From Pseudomonas aeruginosa (GTDB taxonomy: Bacteria > Pseudomonadota > Gammaproteobacteria > Pseudomonadales > Pseudomonadaceae), in NCBI RefSeq assembly GCF_001457615.1, contig NZ_LN831024.1, positions 3,840,001 through 3,872,000 on the forward strand: a stretch of 32,000 bases of DNA. The letters are read 5' to 3'. This document shows, piece after piece, positions 11,172-20,807 of the stretch. The first letter of the stretch is position 1; each line of letters opens with the position of its first letter. The notes below the pieces were generated by a model. The model saw only the letters and a list, made by a program, of their open reading frames with translations, did not search any database and was not told where the DNA came from. A program made the position numbers and the translations under genes.

Positions 11172-12626
11172 TTGATCAGGTTCCTGCTCAACCGGGAGAT
11201 CCGCGTCGAAGAACGCCTGGACCCCAACCTCACCGTCCTCGACTACCTGCGCCGGCACCTCGGCAAGACCGGCACCAAGGAAGGCTGCGCCTCCGGCGAT
11301 TGCGGCGCCTGCACCGTGGTGGTCGGCGAACTGGTCACCGGCGAGGATGGTGCCGAACGCATCCGCTATCGCAGCCTGAACTCCTGCCTGACCTTCGTTT
11401 CCGCCCTTCACGGCAAGCAATTGATCACCGTCGAGGACCTCAAGCACCAGGACCGCCTGCACGACGTGCAGCAGGCGATGGTCGACTGCCATGGCTCGCA
11501 GTGCGGGTTCTGCACGCCGGGTTTCGTCATGTCGCTGTTCGCCCTGCAGAAGAACAGCGCCGGCGCCGATCCGGCCAAGGCCCACGAGGCGCTCGCCGGC
11601 AACCTCTGCCGCTGCACCGGCTACCGGCCGATCCTCGACGCCGCCGAGCAGGCCTGCTGCCACAAGCGCGCAGACCAGTTCGACGCCCGGGAAGCCGCCA
11701 CCATCGAGCAATTGCGCGCCATCGCTCCGCGCGAAACCGCCGAGCTGAACAGCGGTGACCGGCGCTGCCTGCTGCCGCTCACCGTCGCCGACCTGGCCGA
11801 CCTCTACGGCGCCAATCCGCAGGCACGCCTGCTGGCCGGCGGCACCGACCTGGCGCTGGAGGTCACCCAGTTCCATCGCGAACTGCCGGTGATGATCTAT
11901 GTCGGCCACATCCGCGAAATGAAACGCATCGAAGTGGGCGCCAACTGCCTGGAAATCGGCGCCGCCACCCCGCTGACCGACTGCTACCAGGCGCTGGCCG
12001 CGGACTACCCGGACTTCGGCGAGTTGCTGCAGCGTTTCGCGTCCCTGCAGATCCGCAACCAGGGCACTCTCGGCGGCAATATCGGCAACGCCTCGCCGAT
12101 CGGCGACGCCCCGCCGCTGCTGATCGCCCTCGGCGCGAAGATCGTCCTGCGCCGCGGCGAACGGCGCCGCGAGCTGCCGCTGGAGGAGTACTTCCTCGAC
12201 TACAAGGTCACCGCCCGCGAAGAAGGCGAGTTCATCGAGAAGATCCTGGTCCCGCGTGCCCGGCCCAGCCAGGCGTTCAAGGCCTACAAGGTCTCCAAGC
12301 GCATCGACGACGATATTTCCGCGGTCTGCGCCGCCATCAGCCTCGACCTGGAAGATGGCCGGATCGCCCGCGCCAGGGTCGCCTTCGGCGGCATGGCGGC
12401 GATTCCCAAGCGCGCCGCCGCCTGCGAAGCGACGCTGCAAGGCGCGCGCCTGGAAGCCGCCAGCTTCGAACGCGCCGCGGCCGCCCTGGCGAACGACTTC
12501 ACCCCGCTCAGCGACTTCCGCGCGAGCAAGGAATATCGCCTGCTGACCGCGCAGAACCTGCTGCGCAAATGCTTCCTGGAGCTGCACGCTCCCGCCGTCG
12601 AAACCCGGGTGACCGCCTATGTCTAA
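11172..12626 (+). CDS. xdhA: Xanthine dehydrogenase small (FeS/FAD) subunit
   Basis: 484 aa: 2Fe-2S motifs CASGDCGACTVVVGE...LNSCLTF and CGFCTPGFVM...NLCRCTGYRPI, plus an FAD domain (AGGTDLALEVTQ, LGGNIGNASPIGDAPPLLIALGA). TTG start, position approximate. Confidence 0.96.
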   Translation: MIRFLLNREIRVEERLDPNLTVLDYLRRHLGKTGTKEGCASGDCGACTVVVGELVTGEDGAERIRYRSLNSCLTFVSALHGKQLITVEDLKHQDRLHDVQQAMVDCHGSQCGFCTPGFVMSLFALQKNSAGADPAKAHEALAGNLCRCTGYRPILDAAEQACCHKRADQFDAREAATIEQLRAIAPRETAELNSGDRRCLLPLTVADLADLYGANPQARLLAGGTDLALEVTQFHRELPVMIYVGHIREMKRIEVGANCLEIGAATPLTDCYQALAADYPDFGELLQRFASLQIRNQGTLGGNIGNASPIGDAPPLLIALGAKIVLRRGERRRELPLEEYFLDYKVTAREEGEFIEKILVPRARPSQAFKAYKVSKRIDDDISAVCAAISLDLEDGRIARARVAFGGMAAIPKRAAACEATLQGARLEAASFERAAAALANDFTPLSDFRASKEYRLLTAQNLLRKCFLELHAPAVETRVTAYV

Positions 12627-15018
12627 CCATCGCAAGCCGCACAAGAGCCAGGAAGAGCTGGCCGACCTGTTCCGCGCCGAGCTGACCACCGGAGTCGGCC
12701 GCAGCGTCAAGCACGAAAGCGCCCCCAAGCACGTCAGCGGCGAGGCGATCTACATCGACGATCGCCTGGAGTTTCCCAACCAGTTGCACGTCTATGCGCG
12801 CCTGAGCGAGCGCGCCCACGCCCGCATCACCCGCCTCGACGTGACGCCCTGCTACCAGTTCCCCGGCGTCGCCATCGCCCTCACCGCCGCCGACGTTCCC
12901 GGCCAGCTCGACATCGGCCCGGTGGTGGCCGGCGACCCGCTGCTGGCCGATGGCAAGGTGGAGTATGTCGGACAGATGGTCCTGGCGGTCGCCGCCGACA
13001 GCCTGGAAACCGCGCGCAAGGCGGCCATGGCGGCGATCGTCGAGTACGAAGACCTGGAGCCGGTGCTCGACGTGGTCGAGGCCCTGCGCAAGCGCCATTT
13101 CGTCCTCGACAGCCACCAGCACCGCATCGGCGATTCCGCCGCCGCGCTGGCCGGCGCGCCGCATCGCCTGCAAGGCACGCTGCACATCGGCGGCCAGGAG
13201 CATTTCTACCTGGAGACGCAGATTTCCTCGGTAATGCCCAGCGAAGACGGCGGCATGATCGTCTATTGCTCGACCCAGAACCCCACCGAAGTGCAGAAGC
13301 TGGTGGCCGAGGTCCTCGGGGTTTCCTTCAACCGCATCGTCATCGACATGCGCCGCATGGGCGGCGGCTTCGGCGGCAAGGAAACCCAGGCCGCGGCGCC
13401 GGCCTGCCTGTGCGCGGTGGTCGCCTACCACACCGGGCGTCCGGCGAAGATGCGCCTGCCGCGCATGGAGGACATGCAGATCACCGGCAAGCGTCACCCG
13501 TTCTACGTCGAATACGACGTCGGCTTCGACGACGATGGCCGCCTGCACGGCATCCAGATCGACCTGGCCGGCAATTGCGGCTATTCGCCGGACCTCTCCG
13601 GCTCGATCGTCGACCGCGCCATGTTCCACTCGGACAACGCCTACTTCCTCGGCAACGCCACCATCAACGGCCACCGTTGCAAGACCAACACCGCCTCGAA
13701 CACCGCCTACCGCGGTTTCGGCGGGCCCCAGGGAATGGTCGCCATCGAGGAGATCATGGACGCCGTGGCCCGCAGCCTGGGCAAGGACCCGCTGGAGGTG
13801 CGCAAGCTCAACTACTACGGCAAGAACGAGCGCAACGTCACCCATTACCACCAGACCGTCGAGCACAACCTGTTGGCGGAGATGACCGCCGAGCTGGAAG
13901 CGAGCAGCGAGTACGCCCGCCGCCGCGAGGAAATCCGTGCCTTCAATGCCGCCAGCCCGGTCCTGAAGAAAGGCCTGGCGCTGACCCCGGTGAAGTTCGG
14001 CATTTCGTTCACCGCGACCTTCCTCAACCAGGCAGGTGCGCTGATCCACATCTATACCGACGGCAGCATCCACCTGAACCATGGCGGCACCGAGATGGGC
14101 CAGGGCCTCAATACCAAGGTCGCCCAGGTGGTCGCCGAGGTCTTCCAGGTCGACGTGGAGCGCATCCAGATCACCGCCACCAATACCGACAAGGTACCCA
14201 ATACCTCCCCCACCGCCGCCTCCTCGGGCACCGACCTGAACGGCAAGGCCGCGCAGAATGCCGCCGAAACCATCAAGCGGCGCCTGGTGGAGTTCGCCGC
14301 ACGGCACTGGAAGGTCAGCGAGGAAGACGTCGAGTTCCGCAACAACCAGGTGCGTATCCGCGAGCTGATCCTGCCGTTCGAGGAACTGGTCCAGCAGGCC
14401 TACTTCGGCCAGGTTTCGTTGTCCAGCACCGGCTTCTACCGCACGCCGAAGATCTTCTACGACCGCGAGCAGGCCCGTGGCCGGCCCTTCTATTATTTTG
14501 CCTACGGCGCCGCCTGCTCGGAGGTGATAGTCGATACCCTCACCGGCGAATACCGCATGCTGCGCACCGACATCCTGCATGACGTCGGCGACTCGCTGAA
14601 CCCGGCCATCGACATCGGCCAGGTCGAAGGCGGCTTCGTCCAGGGCATGGGCTGGCTGACCATGGAGGAACTGGTCTGGAACGCCAAGGGCAAGCTGATG
14701 ACCAGCGGCCCGGCCAGCTACAAGATTCCCGCCGTCGCCGACATGCCGCTGGACCTGCGGGTGAAACTGCTGGAGAACCGCAAGAATCCGGAGCAGACCG
14801 TGTTCCATTCCAAGGCCGTGGGCGAGCCGCCGTTCATGCTCGGCATCTCGGTCTGGTGCGCGATCAAGGACGCCGTGGCCAGCCTCGCCGACTACCGCGC
14901 GCAACCCGCCATCGACGCGCCGGCGACGCCCGAGCGGGTGCTCTGGGGCGTGGAACAGATGCGCCGGCTGAAGGCCGCCCAGGCGCAAGCGGCGGACGCC
15001 GCGGTCGAACCGGCCTGA
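12619..15018 (+). CDS. xdhB: Xanthine dehydrogenase molybdopterin-binding large subunit
   Basis: 799 aa: VKHESAPKHVSGEAIYIDD, RMGGGFGGKE, TAYRGFGGPQG and GTEMGQGLNTKVAQV. It overlaps the xdhA 3' end by 8 nt. Confidence 0.96.
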   Translation: MSNHRKPHKSQEELADLFRAELTTGVGRSVKHESAPKHVSGEAIYIDDRLEFPNQLHVYARLSERAHARITRLDVTPCYQFPGVAIALTAADVPGQLDIGPVVAGDPLLADGKVEYVGQMVLAVAADSLETARKAAMAAIVEYEDLEPVLDVVEALRKRHFVLDSHQHRIGDSAAALAGAPHRLQGTLHIGGQEHFYLETQISSVMPSEDGGMIVYCSTQNPTEVQKLVAEVLGVSFNRIVIDMRRMGGGFGGKETQAAAPACLCAVVAYHTGRPAKMRLPRMEDMQITGKRHPFYVEYDVGFDDDGRLHGIQIDLAGNCGYSPDLSGSIVDRAMFHSDNAYFLGNATINGHRCKTNTASNTAYRGFGGPQGMVAIEEIMDAVARSLGKDPLEVRKLNYYGKNERNVTHYHQTVEHNLLAEMTAELEASSEYARRREEIRAFNAASPVLKKGLALTPVKFGISFTATFLNQAGALIHIYTDGSIHLNHGGTEMGQGLNTKVAQVVAEVFQVDVERIQITATNTDKVPNTSPTAASSGTDLNGKAAQNAAETIKRRLVEFAARHWKVSEEDVEFRNNQVRIRELILPFEELVQQAYFGQVSLSSTGFYRTPKIFYDREQARGRPFYYFAYGAACSEVIVDTLTGEYRMLRTDILHDVGDSLNPAIDIGQVEGGFVQGMGWLTMEELVWNAKGKLMTSGPASYKIPAVADMPLDLRVKLLENRKNPEQTVFHSKAVGEPPFMLGISVWCAIKDAVASLADYRAQPAIDAPATPERVLWGVEQMRRLKAAQAQAADAAVEPA

Positions 15019-15044
15019 ACCGCCGCGATCGGGAGGATGACGAG

Positions 15045-15884
15045 ATGAACTGGATCAGCGCCCTGGCCGAGTTGCAGCGTAGCGGCGAACCTTGCGTCCT
15101 GGTGACCATCATCGAGGAACGCGGCTCGACCCCGCGCAACGCCGGCTCGAAGATGGTGGTCAGCGCCGAGCGGCTCTACGACACCATCGGCGGCGGCCAC
15201 CTGGAATACAGGGCCCAGGCCATTGCCCGGGAAATGCTCGCCGCGCGGACCCAGGACACCCGCCTGGAGCGCTTCAGCCTGGGCGCCAGTCTCGGCCAGT
15301 GCTGCGGCGGCGCCACGGTGCTGCTGTTCGAGCCGATGGGCCAGCCGCAGGCACACATCGCCGTGTTCGGCGCGGGCCACGTCGGTCGCGCCCTGGTACC
15401 CTTGCTCGCCAGCCTGCCCTGCCGGGTGCGCTGGATCGATTCGCGGGAACACGAATTTCCCGCGCTCCTGCCCGACGGCGTGGAGAAAGTGGTGAACGAC
15501 GAAGTGCTCGACGAGGTCGAGCGGATGCCGCCCGGCAGCCACTTCATCGTCATGACCCACAATCACCCGCTGGACCTGGAGCTTACCGCGGCGATCCTGG
15601 CGCGCAACGACTTCGCCTACTTCGGCCTGATCGGCTCGAAGACCAAGCGCGTCAAGTTCGAGCACCGCCTGCGCGAACGTGGCGTCGACGCCGAACGCCT
15701 GCAACGGATGCGCTGCCCGATGGGCCTGGAGCAGGTGAAAGGCAAGCTGCCGGCGGAGATCGCCATCTCCATCGCCGGCGAGGTGATCGCCACCTACAAC
15801 GCCGCCTTCGGCCTGGAACGCAAGCAGGGGCCGTCGAGCGTCACCCGGCTGACCCCGGAGTCGCGCCGCGCCCACGAATCCTGA
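15045..15884 (+). CDS. xdhC: XdhC-type molybdenum cofactor insertion/maturation factor
   Basis: MNWISALAELQRSGEPCVLVTIIEERGSTPRNAGSKMVV...GGGHLEYRA...VFGAGHVGRALVPLL...YFGLIGSKTKR. The start is inferred inside track ORF 14856..15884. Confidence 0.94.
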   Translation: MNWISALAELQRSGEPCVLVTIIEERGSTPRNAGSKMVVSAERLYDTIGGGHLEYRAQAIAREMLAARTQDTRLERFSLGASLGQCCGGATVLLFEPMGQPQAHIAVFGAGHVGRALVPLLASLPCRVRWIDSREHEFPALLPDGVEKVVNDEVLDEVERMPPGSHFIVMTHNHPLDLELTAAILARNDFAYFGLIGSKTKRVKFEHRLRERGVDAERLQRMRCPMGLEQVKGKLPAEIAISIAGEVIATYNAAFGLERKQGPSSVTRLTPESRRAHES

Positions 15885-15952
15885 GCGGCCCCCGCTCCCC
15901 CGCGTCCGCCGCCAGGCGGCGGACCTCCCACGAACCTTTTTTCGAGACTGCC

Positions 15953-17257
15953 ATGACCCGCAACGCCAAAGCCTACCGCGCCGCCATCCTGCACAGCATC
16001 GCCGACCCCGCGGAGGTCGGCGTCGAACGCTCCTACGAATACTTCGAGGACGGCCTGTTGCTGGTGGAGGACGGCAAGGTCGCTCGCCTCGGTGACGCCG
16101 AAACCCTGCTCGGCGAGATCGGCGAGGTCGAGGTCTTCGAGTACCGCGACGCGCTGATCACCCCCGGCTTCATCGATACCCACATCCATTTCCCGCAGAC
16201 CGGGATGATCGCCTCCTACGGCGAACAACTGCTGGACTGGCTGAACACCTATACCTTCCCCACCGAGCGCCAATTCGGCGACCAGGCCCATGCCGACCAG
16301 GTCGCCGAGATCTTCCTGCAGGAACTGCTGCGCAACGGCACCACCACCGCGCTGGTCTTCGGCAGCGTGCACCGGCAATCGGTGGAATCGCTGTTCGAGG
16401 CCGCCCGGCGCCTGGACCTGCGCCTGATCGCCGGCAAGGTGATGATGGACCGCAACGCGCCGGACTACCTGACCGACACCGCCGAGAGCAGCTACCGCGA
16501 CAGCAAGGCGCTGATCGAGCGCTGGCACGGCCAGGGCCGTCTGCTCTACGCGGTGACCCCGCGCTTCGCCCCGACCAGCACCGCGGAACAGCTGGACATG
16601 GCGGCGCGGCTGCTGCGCGAGCATCCCGGCGTATACCTGCACACCCATCTGTCGGAGAACCTCAAGGAAATCGAGTGGGTGAAGGAGCTGTTCCCCGAGC
16701 GCAGCGGCTACCTGGACGTCTACGACCACCACGGCCTGCTCGGGCCGCGCTCGGTGTTCGCCCATGGCGTGCACCTGTGCGACGGCGAATGCCAGCGCCT
16801 GGCGGAGACTGGCTCGGCGGTGGCGTTCTGCCCGACCTCCAACCTGTTCCTCGGCAGCGGTCTGTTCGACCTGCCGAAGCTGGAGCGCTACAAGGTCAAG
16901 GTCGGCCTCGGCACCGATGTCGGCGCCGGCACCAGCTTCTCCCAGCTGCAGTCCCTGAACGAGGCGTACAAGGTCATGCAGTTGCAGGGCGCCCGCCTCG
17001 ATCCGTTCAAGTCGCTCTACCTCGCCACCCTCGGCGGCGCCCGTGCGCTGGAGCTGGACGACCGGATCGGCAGCTTCGCCACCGGCAACGAGGCGGACTT
17101 CGTGGTCCTCGACTACCACGCCACCCCGCTGCTCTCCTACCGCCTGAGCCAGGCCGGCAGCCTGGCCGAACGGCTGTTCGCGCTGACCATCCTCGGCGAC
17201 GACCGCACGGTGAAGGAAACCTTCGCCGCCGGTCGCTCGGTGCATCGCCGCGACTGA
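15953..17257 (+). CDS. guaD: Guanine deaminase
   Basis: MTRNAKAYRAAILHSIADP...PGFIDTHIHFPQTGMIASYGEQLLDWLNTYTFPTE...VGLGTDVGAGTSFSQLQSLNEAYKVMQLQG. The start is inferred inside track ORF 15092..17257. Confidence 0.95.
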   Translation: MTRNAKAYRAAILHSIADPAEVGVERSYEYFEDGLLLVEDGKVARLGDAETLLGEIGEVEVFEYRDALITPGFIDTHIHFPQTGMIASYGEQLLDWLNTYTFPTERQFGDQAHADQVAEIFLQELLRNGTTTALVFGSVHRQSVESLFEAARRLDLRLIAGKVMMDRNAPDYLTDTAESSYRDSKALIERWHGQGRLLYAVTPRFAPTSTAEQLDMAARLLREHPGVYLHTHLSENLKEIEWVKELFPERSGYLDVYDHHGLLGPRSVFAHGVHLCDGECQRLAETGSAVAFCPTSNLFLGSGLFDLPKLERYKVKVGLGTDVGAGTSFSQLQSLNEAYKVMQLQGARLDPFKSLYLATLGGARALELDDRIGSFATGNEADFVVLDYHATPLLSYRLSQAGSLAERLFALTILGDDRTVKETFAAGRSVHRRD

Positions 17258-17273
17258 CTCCCGGCGGAAACGA

Positions 17274-17298
17274 AAAAGCCCCGCATCGCGGGGCTTTT
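17274..17298. terminator. Bidirectional terminator between convergent guaD and GntR gene
   Basis: AAAAGCCCCGC-ATC-GCGGGGCTTTT, a perfect stem with A and T tracts on either side. Confidence 0.9.
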
Positions 17299-17310
17299 CA
17301 ATGCTTCGGA

Positions 17311-18090
17311 TCAGGCCGCCGAATCGCTGTCGGCCTTGGCCCGGCGTGGCTTCTTCTTGCCGCCGAGGAGGTGCGAGAACACCGCGTGCAGGTCGCCGGA
17401 AGCGTTGTCGCTCTCCAGGTTGAGCTTGCTGTCGATATGCTCCATGTGGTGCATCATCAGGGTCACCGCGCGCTCCTTGTCGCCCTTCTCGATGGCGTCG
17501 AGGATCTCGTTGTGCTCGTCGAACGAGCAGTGCGAGCGACCGCCGCTTTCGTACTGGGCGATGATCAGCGAGGTCTGCGACACCAGGCTGCGCTGGAAAC
17601 TCACCAGAGGAGCGTTGCGCGCCATCTCGGCGAGCTTCAGGTGGAACTCGCCGGACAGGCGGATGCCGGCGCCCCGGTCGCCACGGGCGAAGCTGGATTG
17701 TTCCTGCACCACCATCTCGCGCAACTCGGCCAGACGCTCGGCGGTGGCGTTGTCGGTGGCCAGTTCGGTGATGGCGCGCTCGACTGTGCGGCGGGCGAAA
17801 AGGATCTGCCGGGCCTCGTCGATGCTCGGGCTGGCGACCACCGCGCCGCGGTTCGGCCGTAACAGCACCACCTGCTCGTGGGCCAGGCGCGAGAGGGCGC
17901 GGCGAATGATGGTGCGGCTGACACCGAATATCTCGCCGAGCGCCTCCTCGCTCAGCTTGGTGCCGGGGGCCAGGCGTTGTTCGAGGATGGCGTCGAAGAT
18001 GTGGGCGTAGACGATCTCGTCCTGGGTACCGCTGCGGGCAGCCTTGCCGGTGCGCGGCGGCTTCCTGATGTGTTGCAACTGATCGGTCAT
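17311..18090 (-). CDS. GntR-family (FadR/FCD) transcriptional regulator, likely purine catabolism regulator
   Basis: YAHIFDAILEQRLAPGTKLSEEALGEIFGVSRTIIRRALSRLAHEQVVLLRPNRGAVVASPS wHTH plus FCD ligand domain. It lies between purine-degradation genes. Confidence 0.93.
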   Translation of the reverse strand: MTDQLQHIRKPPRTGKAARSGTQDEIVYAHIFDAILEQRLAPGTKLSEEALGEIFGVSRTIIRRALSRLAHEQVVLLRPNRGAVVASPSIDEARQILFARRTVERAITELATDNATAERLAELREMVVQEQSSFARGDRGAGIRLSGEFHLKLAEMARNAPLVSFQRSLVSQTSLIIAQYESGGRSHCSFDEHNEILDAIEKGDKERAVTLMMHHMEHIDSKLNLESDNASGDLHAVFSHLLGGKKKPRRAKADSDSAA

Positions 18091-18308
18091 CGGTCTCGAA
18101 CCTTGTGCGTCCGGCTTGTGGCCTGGGCTGATCCTCGCTCACGGGCGTGGGTGAGGCACGCCGGCGGCTGGTAGCGAAATAGTGTACACAAGCAACGGCA
18201 TCCGACGCACCACCCCTTTCCGCCCCTCGTTCCGAGCGCGCGGCACCGCCCGGAAGGGGGCGTGACGGAAAGCTGATAAAAATGTGGCGAAACACCCTCA
18301 AACATTCT

Positions 18309-18336
18309 TTGACCTTTTTGTATACAAAGGCATAAT
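18309..18336 (+). promoter_or_regulatory. Putative sigma70 promoter with embedded TTTGTATACAAA operator, purine permease
   Basis: -35-like TTGACC (18309-18314), 16 nt, -10-like CATAAT (18331-18336). The palindrome TTTGTATACAAA (18317-18328) sits in the spacer. Confidence 0.6.
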
Positions 18337-18464
18337 CGCTCGCACGAGTTCTTGACCCAGAGGTCAGAAAATCGTGCCCTCACATCACCTTCGAGCCGCG
18401 TCAGGGACCTGGTAACCAACCGGCCCGCAGGACCTAACAACAAGAGCGATGAGGAGTACCTGCT

Positions 18465-19814
18465 GTGGAAAGCACCAAACAAGAAGAACAAGGGATCTAC
18501 GCTGCGACACCGCCCGCCACCGGCCTGCTCGAACGCCTGTTCAAGCTCCGCCAGCATGGTACGACGGTCAGGACCGAGCTGGCGGCCGGGCTGACCACCT
18601 TCATCACCATGGCCTACATCATCTTCGTCAATCCCAACATCATGGCCGACGCCGGCATCGACCACGGCGCGGCGTTCGTCGCCACGTGCCTGGCGGCCGC
18701 CCTCGGCTGCTTCCTGATGGGCCTGTACGCCAACTGGCCGGTGGGCCTGGCGCCGGGAATGGGACTGAACGCCTTCTTCACCTACACCGTGGTCGGCACC
18801 ATGGGCTACAGCTGGCAGATCGCCCTAGGCGCGGTGTTCATCTCCGGGGTGATGTTCATGCTGCTGACCTTCTCCCGGGTCCGCGAATGGCTGCTCAACA
18901 GCATCCCCCGCAGCCTCAGGTTCGCCATGGGTGCGGGAGTCGGCCTGTTCCTCGGCCTGATCGGCCTGAAGACCGCCGGCATCGTGGTGGCCAGCCCGGC
19001 GACCCTGATCAAGCTCGGCCACCTCACCTCGCCCGGCCCGCTGCTGGCGGCACTGTGCTTCCTGATGATCGCCGTGCTCGAGTACCGCCGGGTGTTCGGC
19101 GGCATCCTCATCAGCATCCTCAGCGTCACCCTGGTCGGCTGGGCCCTCGGCCTGGTGCAGTACGGCGGGGTGTTCTCGGCGCCGCCGAGCCTGGCGCCGA
19201 CCTTCCTGGCGATGGACATCGCCGGCGCGTTCAACGTCACCATGATCAGCGTGATCCTGGCCTTCCTCTTCGTGCACATGTTCGATACCGCCGGCACTCT
19301 CATGGGCGTCGCCCAGCGCGCGCACCTGGTGAAGGAGGACGGACGTATCGAGAACCTGTCGAAGGCGATGAAGGCCGACAGCGCCTCCAGCGTGTTCGGC
19401 GGCATGCTCGGTGTCCCGCCGGTGACCAGTTACGTGGAGAGCGCCGCGGGCGTGGCCGCCGGCGGACGTACCGGGCTCACCGCGGTGGTGGTCGGCGTGC
19501 TGTTCGTCGCCGCGATGTTCTTCGCCCCGCTGGCCGGGATGATCCCCGCCTTCGCCACCGCCGGCGCGCTGATCTACGTGGCCATGCTTATGATGGGCGG
19601 GATGGCGCACATCGACTGGGACGAGCACACCGAGACCATCCCGGCGATCGTCACGGTGATCATGATGCCGCTGACCTTCTCGGTGGCCGACGGTATCGCC
19701 TTGGGCTTCATCACCTACGTCGCGATGAAGGTCCTCACCGGCAAGCACCGCGAAGTCTCGGCCAGCCTCTATGCGTTGTTCGTGATCTTCGTCGCCAAGT
19801 TCATCTTCCTCTGA
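18465..19814 (+). CDS. NCS2/AzgA-type purine (hypoxanthine/guanine/adenine-like) permease
   Basis: 449 aa: LERLFKLRQHGTTVRTELAAGLTTFITMAYIIFVNPNIMADAGIDHGAAFVATCLAAALGCFLMGLYANWPVGLAPGMGLNAFFTYTVV is the canonical AzgA/PbuG N-terminus. Multiple transmembrane segments. Confidence 0.94.
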   Translation: MESTKQEEQGIYAATPPATGLLERLFKLRQHGTTVRTELAAGLTTFITMAYIIFVNPNIMADAGIDHGAAFVATCLAAALGCFLMGLYANWPVGLAPGMGLNAFFTYTVVGTMGYSWQIALGAVFISGVMFMLLTFSRVREWLLNSIPRSLRFAMGAGVGLFLGLIGLKTAGIVVASPATLIKLGHLTSPGPLLAALCFLMIAVLEYRRVFGGILISILSVTLVGWALGLVQYGGVFSAPPSLAPTFLAMDIAGAFNVTMISVILAFLFVHMFDTAGTLMGVAQRAHLVKEDGRIENLSKAMKADSASSVFGGMLGVPPVTSYVESAAGVAAGGRTGLTAVVVGVLFVAAMFFAPLAGMIPAFATAGALIYVAMLMMGGMAHIDWDEHTETIPAIVTVIMMPLTFSVADGIALGFITYVAMKVLTGKHREVSASLYALFVIFVAKFIFL

Positions 19815-19986
19815 CCCGCCCGGATGGCGGATGGCCGCACGCGGCTATCCGCCTCGAACCTGTCGTTGCCCCGCAGGGCTCGCGACGCGCAGCTTCATCC
19901 CCCGCCCATTCGTACCCTGCGCCGCATTTCCCTTCCTGCCCACGAGTGGCGGATAACCGGCAACCCTCGGCGCACTCCCCGCGAAC

Positions 19987-20013
19987 GAAAAAAAGCCCGC
20001 TCGATGGCGGGCC
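19987..20013 (-). terminator. Rho-independent terminator downstream of HIU hydrolase gene
   Basis: On the minus strand, GCCCGCCATCGAGCGGGC followed by TTTTTTTCG. Confidence 0.8.
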
Positions 20014-20054
20014 AGGGAAAAGGACTCGGAGAGTCAGTGTTTCGTGGCACGCAC

Positions 20055-20408
20055 CTAGCTGCCGCGATAGGTCGAATAGCTGTAGGGCGAGATCAGCAGC
20101 GGCACGTGGTAGTGATCGTCGGCGGAGGCGATGCCGAAACGCAGCACCACCTGGTCGAGGAAGGCCGGCTCCGGCAATTGCACGCCGCGGGCGCGATAGT
20201 AGTCGCCGGCGTTGAACACCAGTTGATAGACCCCGGGACGGAAGTCCTCGCCTTGCAGCACCGGCTGGTCGCAGCGGCCGTCGTGGTTGGTCAGGGTGGT
20301 GGCGATCAGTTCCAGTTGCTGGCCTTCTACCCGGTACAGCTCGATCTTGATGCCATGGCCGGGGCAGCCATGTGCGGAATCCAGTACATGCGTGGTCAAA
20401 CGTCCCAT
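20055..20408 (-). CDS. 5-hydroxyisourate hydrolase (transthyretin-like)
   Basis: 117 aa: MGRLTTHVLDSAHGCPGHGIKIELYRVEG...GVYQLVFNAGDYY...VVLRFGIASADDHYHVPLLISPYSYSTYRGS. The C-terminal YRGS is the HIUase hallmark. The start is inferred within track ORF 20055..20642. Confidence 0.96.
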   Translation of the reverse strand: MGRLTTHVLDSAHGCPGHGIKIELYRVEGQQLELIATTLTNHDGRCDQPVLQGEDFRPGVYQLVFNAGDYYRARGVQLPEPAFLDQVVLRFGIASADDHYHVPLLISPYSYSTYRGS

Positions 20409-20550
20409 GGGTTGCGGGCGCCCGCTGGCGGACACCACTCCTCCTCTTGCCTTCGTTCGATGGGGATCGCTCCGGGACCTGCCCGGCGCCGCTCGCTTGC
20501 AGCCCGCCAGGGAGCCGCTTGCGAAGCAATATAAGTTATCTTTCGATGAA

Positions 20551-20560
20551 TTGTATACAA
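20551..20560. promoter_or_regulatory. Operator-like palindrome TTGTATACAA upstream of HIU hydrolase gene
   Basis: Exact 10-bp palindrome, the same core as at 18318-18327 and 20734-20743. Confidence 0.6.
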
Positions 20561-20733
20561 AAAACACCGCCGCAACCGAAAATGCGGCAGCCACCCCGAA
20601 AACGGGCATTCCTTCCACAAGCCCCACCCCGCAGGGCCTCATTCTTCGCTAACTGACCAATCGGGCAGGTTTTTTGCTGGATGAATGGCAGGGATCGGCA
20701 AGCAGGATTGTATTTACAGACCGCAGGCAAACT

Positions 20734-20743
20734 TGTATACAAT
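20734..20743. promoter_or_regulatory. Operator-like palindrome TTGTATACAA upstream of allantoinase operon, overlapping a possible -10 TACAAT
   Basis: Exact palindrome about 65 bp upstream of the GTG start. Confidence 0.6.
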
Positions 20744-20807
20744 AAATCCATCACGGCATCCCCGGCCCGTCCGGCCCGCCGCCCCATCCACAATAAGGAA
20801 CACTGCT

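Noticed and set aside
12508-14988. 826-aa minus-strand ORF opposite xdhB
   Set aside because: Antisense GC-rich frame rich in V/A/H/D repeats with no recognisable motif. The xdhB molybdopterin-binding motifs on the other strand explain the coding signal.
15794-18301. 835-aa minus-strand ORF spanning guaD antisense and the GntR gene out of frame
   Set aside because: Composite open frame crossing a strong bidirectional terminator and a real convergent gene pair. The product is a low-complexity artefact.
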